Positions 17,944-26,549 of a stretch of DNA of 64,000 bases are shown piece after piece. The notes under the pieces were generated by a model. The model did not search any database. It was not told where the DNA came from and was given only the letters and a program-made list of their open reading frames with translations. Made by a program: the position numbers and the translations under genes. The DNA lies in assembly GCA_905182735.1 (NCBI GenBank), contig CAJJCT010000002.1, positions 9,267-73,266 on the forward strand. The letters run 5' to 3'. Each line of letters begins with the position of its first letter. Positions within the stretch are counted from its first letter, which is position 1. The DNA is from Candidatus Marivariicella framensis (GTDB lineage: Bacteria > Bacteroidota > Bacteroidia > Flavobacteriales > Flavobacteriaceae).

Positions 17944-18092
17944 AATATTTCACATCATATTTTGAAATAAAAATCCCTAGCCTTATGCTTGTTAAAATGG
18001 AAAATAAGCTAGATATAGATTACGAACTTATTTTTACTCAAGAATTAAAGTTTATGTAAAAAAAACCTTCACGTTTGTGAAGGTTTTTTATA
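17943..18092 (+). repeat. direct repeat copy B: relic of the yceI 3' end plus a second functional-looking terminator
   Basis: It translates in frame as ..KYFTSYFEIKIPSLMLVKMENKLDIDYELIFTQELKFM*, compared with the intact ..KIKPSDFEIKLPDFMLVKMENNLDIEYELIFIQE*. It begins at the blh stop codon. Confidence 0.85.
18058..18089. terminator. bidirectional intrinsic terminator (blh versus the 18168-18947 gene)
   Basis: A8, then the perfect hairpin CCTTCAC-gttt-GTGAAGG, then T6. Confidence 0.7.
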
Positions 18093-18167
18093 GTTTTAAA
18101 CTAATTAATGAAAAATTATTCTCTCATAACTTTTACTTTAATCACAAGCTTTTAATAGTTTTTGTAA

Positions 18168-18947
18168 TCAACTTGTTTTGATTGGAAGAGATGGATTTTT
18201 TATCCACCTAGACAAAGAACTCAAAAGTCCATAAAGGAAATTATAAATAGCTAGAGAAACATATAATTTTGCTAATACAATTGCAACTTGAACATATTCC
18301 CATCCAACAGCTACAAGTCCTCCTATGTTATAACCAGAAGCGTCTGAACCAGTAACATCCCAAGCACTAAAGTCCTTCAATACTCCTCCTACAAAATCCA
18401 AGCGAATCATTGATAAAAATTCAGCAGCAGCATTAATAGGTAGGCTAACAGAATATGCTACTCCAGCAAAAAATTCAGGAGCAATAGAAATATTTGGGTC
18501 TGTACCCATTAACAACCATCCCAATGTAGCGCAAAATGCTCCAAATAAAGCAACTAAAGCTCCAGCATGGCCAAAAAGTTTGATATTGGCTACAATAAGA
18601 TCTCTAAAAAAGAAATCTACGATTCCACTTTTGGAACCAGCTAAACTATCTCCGGCTGATCTTACAGTTTGAGCAATTGGAAACGCTGCGTATATTAAAA
18701 TAAGCATACAAACAACAGCGGTGCCTTTTCCAATACCATCTGCAGAGTTAATAGCGTCTATTCCACCAGTAATTGCAGTGAGTAACATCCCAAGAAGAAG
18801 AACTAAAGCGCCAATCTTATAAAAAGTTCCTGCCCAGCCTCCAAAGGAGCCTTCTGAACCTTCCACCATAGCATTAAAATTATTTTTTGGAAGTTTTTGA
18901 TTCACCATGTGAGGTAAATCCAAAATTTGATTTAGTATTTTTTCCAT
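18168..18947 (-). CDS. hypothetical polytopic membrane protein, Gly/Ala-rich
   Basis: 259-aa ORF with about 5 predicted TM helices after a 45-aa soluble N-terminus. No recognisable family. Confidence 0.45.
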   Translation of the reverse strand: MEKILNQILDLPHMVNQKLPKNNFNAMVEGSEGSFGGWAGTFYKIGALVLLLGMLLTAITGGIDAINSADGIGKGTAVVCMLILIYAAFPIAQTVRSAGDSLAGSKSGIVDFFFRDLIVANIKLFGHAGALVALFGAFCATLGWLLMGTDPNISIAPEFFAGVAYSVSLPINAAAEFLSMIRLDFVGGVLKDFSAWDVTGSDASGYNIGGLVAVGWEYVQVAIVLAKLYVSLAIYNFLYGLLSSLSRWIKNPSLPIKTS

Positions 18948-19059
18948 AATATATTTATTGGTTACGTTAATAAACTTACAAAATTTTTTTTATATGGAAA
19001 GGTTAACACTTTTAATACCAGTTTATTAGAAAAAAAATCTAAAATAAATTCATCAGAGT

Positions 19060-20067
19060 CTAATTAATCAAACCGTTTATATCATATTTTGATAAAAATT
19101 CCCAAATCAGTGATGGAGCGTCTATGTCATATGAGCCATAATCACTAGGAGCATTAACCCTCGGCCATTCATGACCCATTTCGTCTAATAAATAAAATTC
19201 AACAGAAACGTTATTTTCTCCATTTTCATATACTTTATGAATACCACCATATTCATCTCCATTAAGATCAGTTATAATTTGACTTGCGGGGGAGCTATTA
19301 CAGCGGTTGTAATTAACCCAGAAGTTAATTACATCATCCATCGGCTCACAGAGGGCTTCATATCCTAGATAGGGCACAACATAATCATCAAGTCCATGAA
19401 TTTGCATCACGGGAGTAGGGTGATCAGGAGTACACTCTGAAAAAGTTTTAGGCGACATGGATCCAGTAACTGATGCAATTGCTGCAATTTTTGAGCCTAA
19501 ATTACAAGCTAAATGATAGCTCATAAACCCACCATTTGACATCCCAGTAGAATACACCCGATTAGTATTAACATTATAATTATCTGAAGACCACTCTATC
19601 AAATCATCAATAAATCCAATATCATCAGATGTACTTCTTTCATCTAATTCAGTTGTCCAACCAACATTCCAATGAGTATTTCCTTCAGAGGAGAATCCAG
19701 TTTTCTCACTTGGAAGAGTTTTCCATAGCGATCCTTGAGGATAAATTACAATGAACCCATTTTCATCTGCTAAAGATCGAAATCCAGTATACTGAATATT
19801 CCATTTAGCGTAGCTTGTAAAACCATGTAGGCTAAATAAAAGAGGAACAGCTAGATTTTGAGAGAAGTAAGATTCGGGAACATATACAATGAACTCTCTA
19901 GCCAGCCCATTCTTGATCATTGAACAATTATAAGTGTTATTTCCTCCTAATGAACAGGTTGTCCCGTCTAAAAGCATCTCATTAGACTCCGAGTTGTCTT
20001 TATTACAAGAAAACAGAATTAATAAATTAAAAATTAAAAAGAATAGGTTCTTCAAATTATAAAACAA
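19060..20067 (-). CDS. secreted alpha/beta-hydrolase esterase (PHB depolymerase / LpqC-type family) lipoprotein
   Basis: Lipobox LILFSC, nucleophile elbow GMSNGGFMS, the HG oxyanion motif (FSLHGF) and a late HGLDD motif. The start is TTG. Confidence 0.6.
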   Translation of the reverse strand: MFYNLKNLFFLIFNLLILFSCNKDNSESNEMLLDGTTCSLGGNNTYNCSMIKNGLAREFIVYVPESYFSQNLAVPLLFSLHGFTSYAKWNIQYTGFRSLADENGFIVIYPQGSLWKTLPSEKTGFSSEGNTHWNVGWTTELDERSTSDDIGFIDDLIEWSSDNYNVNTNRVYSTGMSNGGFMSYHLACNLGSKIAAIASVTGSMSPKTFSECTPDHPTPVMQIHGLDDYVVPYLGYEALCEPMDDVINFWVNYNRCNSSPASQIITDLNGDEYGGIHKVYENGENNVSVEFYLLDEMGHEWPRVNAPSDYGSYDIDAPSLIWEFLSKYDINGLIN

Positions 20068-20215
20068 ATGTTAAATGCAATTATAATAAAAACATAAATA
20101 TAAAATGCTATAACATTTTTTTAATATAATCGAGTAAGTTTTTAATGACATTAAAACCTCTATTAAATAGATTTTTTTTACCACTTGTTATAGGTAAAAT
20201 TGATATATTGACAAT

Positions 20216-21268
20216 ATGATTAAAATTGCAACTCCGGGAAGAATTTGTTTTTTTGGAGATCATCAGGACTATCTTGGACTTCCTGTTATTGCAGGTACAA
20301 TTAACAGATATATACATATAAAGGCCAAACCAATTCAATCCTCTTTTTTTGAAGTCAATCTTCTCGATTTCAAAAAATCAATTAAAGTTGAATTTACGAA
20401 TGATCCAAAAACAATAAAACCTGGAGATTATTTCAGATCAGGACTTTATGTCTTAGGCAAAGAAGGAATTATTCCCAATCAAGGATATAGTATTGATGTT
20501 TCTGGAGATCTACCTATAAATGCAGGATTATCTAGCTCATCTTCTTTAGTAATTGGCTGGATAAGATTCTTGGTTCAAGCATTTGCCAAGAAAAAACCCA
20601 TAACAGATTTACAAATTGCAAAATGGGCTGTTTCAACAGAAGTAGATTTTTTCAATCAACCTGGCGGAATTATGGATCAATACACTATATCTATTGGAGG
20701 ATTATTGGCAATTGATACTTCCAAAAAAACATATATCAACCTCAAAGGTAATTTGGGATCACTTTTAGTCATAGATTCGGGTATTCCCAAAAACACATTA
20801 GGAGTTTTAAAAGACGCGAGATTAAATGCTCAAAAAGCTCTTGAAGTTATTCAAAAACTAGACAAAAGCTTCATTCTTTTGGATGCTAAAGAATCAGATT
20901 ATATAAAGTACAAAGACAATCTCTCCAGAGATCTTCGTCCTTATTGGAAGGCGACAATTCTAAATTATATGATTACAAAAAAAGCAATAAAAATATTAGA
21001 ACAAAACAATAGCTCACAAAATGAATTATCAGAATTAATGAATTCTCATCAAGCACTATTATCTAATGAAATTCAAAATACTCCTGAAGCAATAACAAAT
21101 CAAATTAAGCAAGGAATTAAAGCAGGAGCTTACGGGTCAAAAATTGTTGGTTCGGGAGGAGGAGGATGTATGGTTGCAATGGTTAATCCTATTAATATTC
21201 TTAATATTAAGAATGCGTTTTTAAAAGCAGGAGCTAAAGATGTCTTTGAAGTCAACCTAACAAACTAA
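20216..21268 (+). CDS. GHMP-family sugar-1-kinase (galactokinase-like)
   Basis: PGRICFFGDHQDYLGLPVIAGTIN (galactokinase signature GRxNLIGEHxDY), the GHMP motif II PINAGLSSSSSL and motif III GSKIVGSGGGGCMVAM. Confidence 0.7.
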   Translation: MIKIATPGRICFFGDHQDYLGLPVIAGTINRYIHIKAKPIQSSFFEVNLLDFKKSIKVEFTNDPKTIKPGDYFRSGLYVLGKEGIIPNQGYSIDVSGDLPINAGLSSSSSLVIGWIRFLVQAFAKKKPITDLQIAKWAVSTEVDFFNQPGGIMDQYTISIGGLLAIDTSKKTYINLKGNLGSLLVIDSGIPKNTLGVLKDARLNAQKALEVIQKLDKSFILLDAKESDYIKYKDNLSRDLRPYWKATILNYMITKKAIKILEQNNSSQNELSELMNSHQALLSNEIQNTPEAITNQIKQGIKAGAYGSKIVGSGGGGCMVAMVNPINILNIKNAFLKAGAKDVFEVNLTN

Positions 21269-21278
21269 TAATTAAAAC

Positions 21279-22109
21279 ATGAAAAATATAATTATAATGG
21301 CTGCTGGGGCATCCTCTAGAATGAAAAAAACTTTAGATGAAGTGGATTTATCAACCAAGGTTAAGGAGGTCGCTTCATTAGAACACAAAACACTAATTCC
21401 ATTAGATGGCAAAGGTAAAAGCTTGCTTTTTTATCTTTGCTCTAATGTAAAACAAGCAGGTTATGAAAATGTATATATATTAACATCTCTTGAAAACAAA
21501 GCTTTTCACCAATGGATAGATTTTAATAAGTCTGATCCTGAAATAAAAGGACTCAAATTCTTTTTGTCAATCCAAAATATTCCTCAAGGAAGGCAAAAAC
21601 CGATGGGTACAGCTGATGGGATTCAACAAGCGTTAGATCAATTTCCTGAACTTTTAAAACAGAGGTTTACAGTTTGTAACGCGGATAATCTTTATTCTAT
21701 AAATGTATTAAAATCACTTTTGCATCATGATACTTCACCCCACTCTATCATAGCTTACGATCGTTCATATTTGAAATTTCCTGAAGAAAGAATTACAAAG
21801 TTTGCTCTTATTAAATTAGATAATAAAAATTTTTTAAAGGAAATAGTTGAAAAACCTCCTATTGAAACACATAATTCATATAGAAATAGCTCGAATCAAC
21901 TTCTGGTTAGCATGAATATATTTAGCTTTAGTGGACTTGAAATTTATCCATATTTAAAAGATTGTATCATGAATCATGAAAGAAATGAAAAGGAGCTCCC
22001 AGAGGCATTAAGGACATTAATAAAACATGAAGAAAAATCTGTATTGGCATATATAGCAAAAGAACATTTAAAAGATCTAACTTCAGCACATGATATAGAG
22101 AAGTTTTAA
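21279..22109 (+). CDS. sugar-1-phosphate nucleotidyltransferase family protein
   Basis: N-terminal IIIMAAGASSRMKK (NTP_transferase G-rich loop) and GTADGI. It starts 10 nt after the kinase stop. Confidence 0.6.
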   Translation: MKNIIIMAAGASSRMKKTLDEVDLSTKVKEVASLEHKTLIPLDGKGKSLLFYLCSNVKQAGYENVYILTSLENKAFHQWIDFNKSDPEIKGLKFFLSIQNIPQGRQKPMGTADGIQQALDQFPELLKQRFTVCNADNLYSINVLKSLLHHDTSPHSIIAYDRSYLKFPEERITKFALIKLDNKNFLKEIVEKPPIETHNSYRNSSNQLLVSMNIFSFSGLEIYPYLKDCIMNHERNEKELPEALRTLIKHEEKSVLAYIAKEHLKDLTSAHDIEKF

Positions 22110-23581
22110 AACTGATTTATTTTATTATCCATCCATAAAAGCCTGTCATTCAGATAAGTTTTAATATCGTTAATAGCTCCAGGATAGTCAACAGGTATTC
22201 CACTCCATTTATTATAATTTCTTTCAACAGCTCCATTTACAATTAGATACTGGCTAGTTTCTTCCACAAGGTCTAAAACTGTATTAACTGAAAGAGTATT
22301 AGCTCTTAGTTCTTGCCACCTTGTCTTAAGGGATGTTTTAAAAACAGGGTCCTGTAAAAATTTTTGCCACCAAAAAGGTACAAGCCATGCATCATTAGGA
22401 ACATAAGTATTGTAGTTTGCAATCCAATCATCAAAAGGCAATCTGTCTGAGTTGCCGTAACCTATATTTAAATCCCATATAGGTCCCATTTTTAATTTTT
22501 CACCTCTATCTTTATGAAGGTAGGTACTCAATCGATAACCATCAATATTACCAGTTAGTTCGTTGATAATAAAAAAATCAACAAAACTATCGATATCAAT
22601 ATAATTTAAATACTCTCTGTGGTCGGAACTAAAATTCTCATTTGCAAGAGCAGTCTCAAAATCATTAATATAATTTTGGATATATGCTTTTTGATCTAAA
22701 CTAATTTCATCTGCTTTGGGATACTCATATAAAAAGTAAGTTTCTAAGTATTGAAATGGATGATAAGGAGGTCCAAATGGGTCCAAAGATTGAAGACTGT
22801 CTCCGTTAATATCATAATTAGACCTAAAACTAATATCCTCATTATAACTAGCATCATCCTGCCAATTACTCTCATAATATTCTAAAGATTGATTTTCAAG
22901 CGCAACATCAGATCCTGAAGTTTTATCAATCTTAAGGATGTACCCTCCAGTAATTGATTCGGTATCATTATCGTCAATCTTCAGCTTTGCTATATTTATT
23001 CTATTTGAATCTCTTTTAAGCTTTTCCATAAACACATAAACACCTTGATAATTAGCTGCTCCTGTATTATTTCCAATTTCAAGTTCAACAAACTTTGATC
23101 TGCTTGAATAATTCCCCATGTTTCTGTATAGTTCATATCCTATATAATGACGCATTAATGATGGATCAAAAATAGTTTCAGGACTTCGAAAAACATGCCC
23201 CATTAATATCCAGTCTTCTTCTTTTGGAAAATCAAATATCTCTAAATTAATATCATTTCCTGACTCATCCCAGGTTTCAACACCATATGATTTTTTATTG
23301 GACATTCTAAAAGAACTTGCACCTCTATATTCAATTCCAATTGGACTTGAAAAAGTTTTTTCACCTTTTTCAAAAATTTCCATATTTGCCATCACCTTTG
23401 GTTCATTCAAAATCAAGTTTTGAGTTGTAATTTTTATATAAGGCAAATCGGACCCTGTCTGGTTTACTGAAAATGAATCAATAGAAGAAGAGCTATTAAA
23501 GTCTTTTTTAGAACATGATATAAACACAACCGTAAGTACAAAAAAATTAATTATAAAAATTTTAAACATCGACTTATTCAT
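22106..23581 (-). CDS. CotH family (atypical kinase fold) secreted lipoprotein
   Basis: 491-aa ORF with lipobox VFISC. IGIEYRGASSFRMSNKKSYGVETWDE and the later FFIINELTGNIDGYRLSTYLHKD are typical CotH blocks. Confidence 0.65.
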   Translation of the reverse strand: MNKSMFKIFIINFFVLTVVFISCSKKDFNSSSSIDSFSVNQTGSDLPYIKITTQNLILNEPKVMANMEIFEKGEKTFSSPIGIEYRGASSFRMSNKKSYGVETWDESGNDINLEIFDFPKEEDWILMGHVFRSPETIFDPSLMRHYIGYELYRNMGNYSSRSKFVELEIGNNTGAANYQGVYVFMEKLKRDSNRINIAKLKIDDNDTESITGGYILKIDKTSGSDVALENQSLEYYESNWQDDASYNEDISFRSNYDINGDSLQSLDPFGPPYHPFQYLETYFLYEYPKADEISLDQKAYIQNYINDFETALANENFSSDHREYLNYIDIDSFVDFFIINELTGNIDGYRLSTYLHKDRGEKLKMGPIWDLNIGYGNSDRLPFDDWIANYNTYVPNDAWLVPFWWQKFLQDPVFKTSLKTRWQELRANTLSVNTVLDLVEETSQYLIVNGAVERNYNKWSGIPVDYPGAINDIKTYLNDRLLWMDNKINQF

Positions 23582-23671
23582 TCTAAAGAATCTTTAATCT
23601 AGCTAATATTAGTAAATTGTTTGACAAACTATAGTTTTAAAGTTATAATTTTAACTTGAAAAATTAATATT

Positions 23672-24283
23672 ATGAATGAATTAGCTTTAATGAATAATGA
23701 GTGGGCTCAAATGCTTTTTAGATTTCTATTTAATCTTTTTTTTATTGGAATACTCATAAAAATAATAAATCATCACAGTAAAGAAATCAGCAGACACATT
23801 TCTACCTTTTTTATCATAAGCGTAATTGTCTTCTTTTTATGTTTTACACTAAAGCAAGTTGATCTTAATTTTGGAATGGCCCTTGGACTTTTCGCTATTT
23901 TTGGAATTATAAGGTACAGAACTGAAGCTGTTCTTCCTGAAGAAATAACGTACTTGTTTGTTACCATAGGGCTATCCGTAATTAACGCATTGACCATTGG
24001 TGGCTTTGGATGGCTTACGCTAATAATAATAAATGTTGCTGTATGTTTATCTGTTTTATTTGCAGAAAAATATTTATTACATGCAGATGATATATATACA
24101 AGAAATAAAATAATTGTTAACCTTCCTTTAGATGAAAAAAATATGTGTGATAATGTTAATAATGCAATAAATAATATTACTAAAGAACATAATATTTCTG
24201 TTCAAAATCATAATATATTTAAGATAGATTATGAATCTAAAATTATTCAAGTTCACTTGTTTTATAATAAAAATACTGAATAA
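23672..24283 (+). CDS. DUF4956-like membrane protein
   Basis: N-terminal TM helices. GMALGLFAIFGIIRYRTEAV...YLFVTIGLSVINAL resembles the DUF4956 core (LvGAlSIvRFRTai...FlF.ai.iG). Confidence 0.55.
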   Translation: MNELALMNNEWAQMLFRFLFNLFFIGILIKIINHHSKEISRHISTFFIISVIVFFLCFTLKQVDLNFGMALGLFAIFGIIRYRTEAVLPEEITYLFVTIGLSVINALTIGGFGWLTLIIINVAVCLSVLFAEKYLLHADDIYTRNKIIVNLPLDEKNMCDNVNNAINNITKEHNISVQNHNIFKIDYESKIIQVHLFYNKNTE

Positions 24284-24968
24284 GTCAGCCTACCTAATAC
24301 TGTTTTTTTATTCAAGTTTTGCTTTGAGTCAGGATCTTAATGAGTCAAGATTTTGGTCTTCAGTGTCATACATTTATCAACCAAAAGAGGAGGTTTCATT
24401 TAGTATTTCTCAGCTTTATCGATTAAAAGAAGATCTTAATGTTGTAGACAGCTATATCACAGAAATTAGCACAGATTATAATATTTCCAAAAACTTAAAC
24501 TTTGAAATAGAGTTAAGGTATTATTCAAAAAATGATAACAAGGGTAAAGCTCAAGGGTTTGAAAATTTATGGAGATATAGGGTTGCAGTTGAAAAAGAAC
24601 TAAATCTTAAACCAATAAAAGTTTTTATAAGATTAGCGTTTCAAAAAAGAACTTCATTAGATAAACAAAATGACTTTAAAGAGTATCTAAGAATTAGATC
24701 AGCATTTGAATATTCAATTAAGAAGTGGGACTGGGATCCATATTTTTCTGTTGAGTTTATAGAAAAAACCTCAGGAGATAATTTACAGAAGATAAGATAT
24801 GGTTTTGGAAGCAGCAATAAAGTTAAAGGAAGTAAGTGGACGGTTAGATACTTTTATCAGATTGACCGGTTTAAGCCAAAACAAAAGTATCATATTTTCA
24901 TGTTGAAATATCGCTATAAGCAAAAAGCAGAAAGCTTAAAAAAGGAAAAAATTAAATTAAAAACATAA
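24231..24968 (+). CDS. predicted outer-membrane beta-barrel protein (DUF2490-like)
   Basis: Signal peptide ..SSFALSQD, alternating aromatic/hydrophilic strands and a C-terminal lysine-rich tail. The ATG at 24231 overlaps the preceding gene by 53 nt, so the true start is uncertain. The family call is from memory. Confidence 0.35.
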   Translation: MNLKLFKFTCFIIKILNKSAYLILFFYSSFALSQDLNESRFWSSVSYIYQPKEEVSFSISQLYRLKEDLNVVDSYITEISTDYNISKNLNFEIELRYYSKNDNKGKAQGFENLWRYRVAVEKELNLKPIKVFIRLAFQKRTSLDKQNDFKEYLRIRSAFEYSIKKWDWDPYFSVEFIEKTSGDNLQKIRYGFGSSNKVKGSKWTVRYFYQIDRFKPKQKYHIFMLKYRYKQKAESLKKEKIKLKT

Positions 24969-24986
24969 ATAATTTTTGTTTAGAAA

Positions 24987-25652
24987 TTATTCAAAAGAAT
25001 CAAAAATAATCTGATTTACTAGATCAGCGTGTTTTTCAATATGCTCGTGATCAAATGTGCTTATGTCGTATTGATGCTCTATTAGCCTGGTTAGCATGAA
25101 AAAACTACAACATGCACCAAAAATTATACTAACAAAATTTGGTTGAGGAATTGCTATAAAATTTGGACTGGTAGACGCTTTATTAAGGGCGCTTTGACCG
25201 ATTAGAGTTAACGGCTCAACGATTGAACTTATTAGATAATCTGACCTCCAACTGTTTTTACCCATCTCCATGAATGTTAATTTATAAAAAGGAGGGTTTT
25301 TTGCTGAAAAGTAAATCAGTTGTCTTGTATATGACCTTAGCATAGGAACTCCCTCTGTATCTTTAAGTTCAGATCGCATTGCCTCAAATTTTTCAACAAT
25401 TGATTTGGCTAAATGGTCTACAGATTTTTTCCACAATTCTTCTTTGTTTTTAAAGTGATAACTAATTAATGAATTAGTTATTCCTACTTTTTCTGCAATT
25501 ATTTTTAATTGAGCTCCTTCAAATCCATAGTTAGAAAAATGTTCAAGTGCAATAGTTAGTAGTCGATCAATATCAAGCTCTTGAGCTAAGCTAGGTCGAC
25601 CTCTTTTTCTTTTAGGTTTTGATGATTCCAAATAAATTATTTTTGAGTACAA
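24987..25652 (-). CDS. TetR/AcrR family transcriptional regulator
   Basis: N-terminal HTH: ALEHFSNYGFEGAQLKIIAEKVGITNSLISYHFKNKEELW. Confidence 0.8.
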   Translation of the reverse strand: MYSKIIYLESSKPKRKRGRPSLAQELDIDRLLTIALEHFSNYGFEGAQLKIIAEKVGITNSLISYHFKNKEELWKKSVDHLAKSIVEKFEAMRSELKDTEGVPMLRSYTRQLIYFSAKNPPFYKLTFMEMGKNSWRSDYLISSIVEPLTLIGQSALNKASTSPNFIAIPQPNFVSIIFGACCSFFMLTRLIEHQYDISTFDHEHIEKHADLVNQIIFDSFE

Positions 25653-25792
25653 TAAATTTTACGTGTATAAATATAGGAAAATCATATTTAAAGGTAGACA
25701 AAATCACTCTAGGAAGTGTATTCTTAATATAATATTAAATTTAAATTTAATATTATTTGTTGTAAATTTGATAATAATTAAATTAGCATAAA

Positions 25793-26539
25793 ATGAATAT
25801 TTTAGTTTGCATAAGTAATGTTCCTGATACCACTTCAAAGATTAATTTTGTCGAAAACGATAAGATTTTTGACACTAACGGCGTTCAGTTTATTATAAAT
25901 CCAAATGATGAATTTGGCTTAACAAGAGCTATTTGGTTTCAACAAAAAAATCAAGCAACAGTAACTGTTGTAACCGTTGGAGAAATTAGCTGTGAGCCTA
26001 TTCTTAGAAAGTGTCTAGCTATTGGGGCCAACAAAGCTGTTAGAATTGATTCAAAAGCCTTAGACGGCTTTAGTGTTGCAGAACAATTGAAGTCATTATG
26101 TGAAAAAGAAAGTTTTGATATAATTATTTGTGGACGAGAATCAATAGATTATAATGGTGGAATGGTTCCGGGAATGTTAGCTCAAATGCTGGAAATGCCT
26201 TTTGTAACAAACTGTATTTCAATGGATGTTAATGGAAACGAAGTAATCGCAAAAAGAGAGATTGACGGAGGCGTAGAAACACTTAGCTGCTCATTACCAA
26301 TAGTTATAGGAGCTCAAAAAGGATTAGTTGAAGAATCAGATCTTATTATACCAAACATGAGGGGAATAATGCAGGCAAGACAGAAACCATTAGATGTTGT
26401 TGCTCCTGCAAATAGTTTTTCTAAATCTAGTGTTGATAAATTTGAAAAACCACCCGCTAAAGGAAGTGTTAAATTAGTAGATCCAGATAACATAGATGAA
26501 TTAATAAGCCTTTTACATAACGAGGCAAAAGTTATTTAA
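25793..26539 (+). CDS. etfB: electron transfer flavoprotein beta subunit
   Basis: MNILVCISNVPDTTSKINF..., INPNDEFGL and IIICGRESIDYNGG are typical EtfB blocks. The gene is followed by etfA. Confidence 0.85.
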   Translation: MNILVCISNVPDTTSKINFVENDKIFDTNGVQFIINPNDEFGLTRAIWFQQKNQATVTVVTVGEISCEPILRKCLAIGANKAVRIDSKALDGFSVAEQLKSLCEKESFDIIICGRESIDYNGGMVPGMLAQMLEMPFVTNCISMDVNGNEVIAKREIDGGVETLSCSLPIVIGAQKGLVEESDLIIPNMRGIMQARQKPLDVVAPANSFSKSSVDKFEKPPAKGSVKLVDPDNIDELISLLHNEAKVI

Positions 26540-26549
26540 ATTATAAAAT

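Noticed and set aside
20108-20338. 76-aa minus-strand ORF spanning the esterase/kinase divergent spacer and the kinase start.
   Set aside because: It overlaps the well-supported GHMP kinase start region, its translation has no recognisable features, and it is most likely non-coding promoter DNA.
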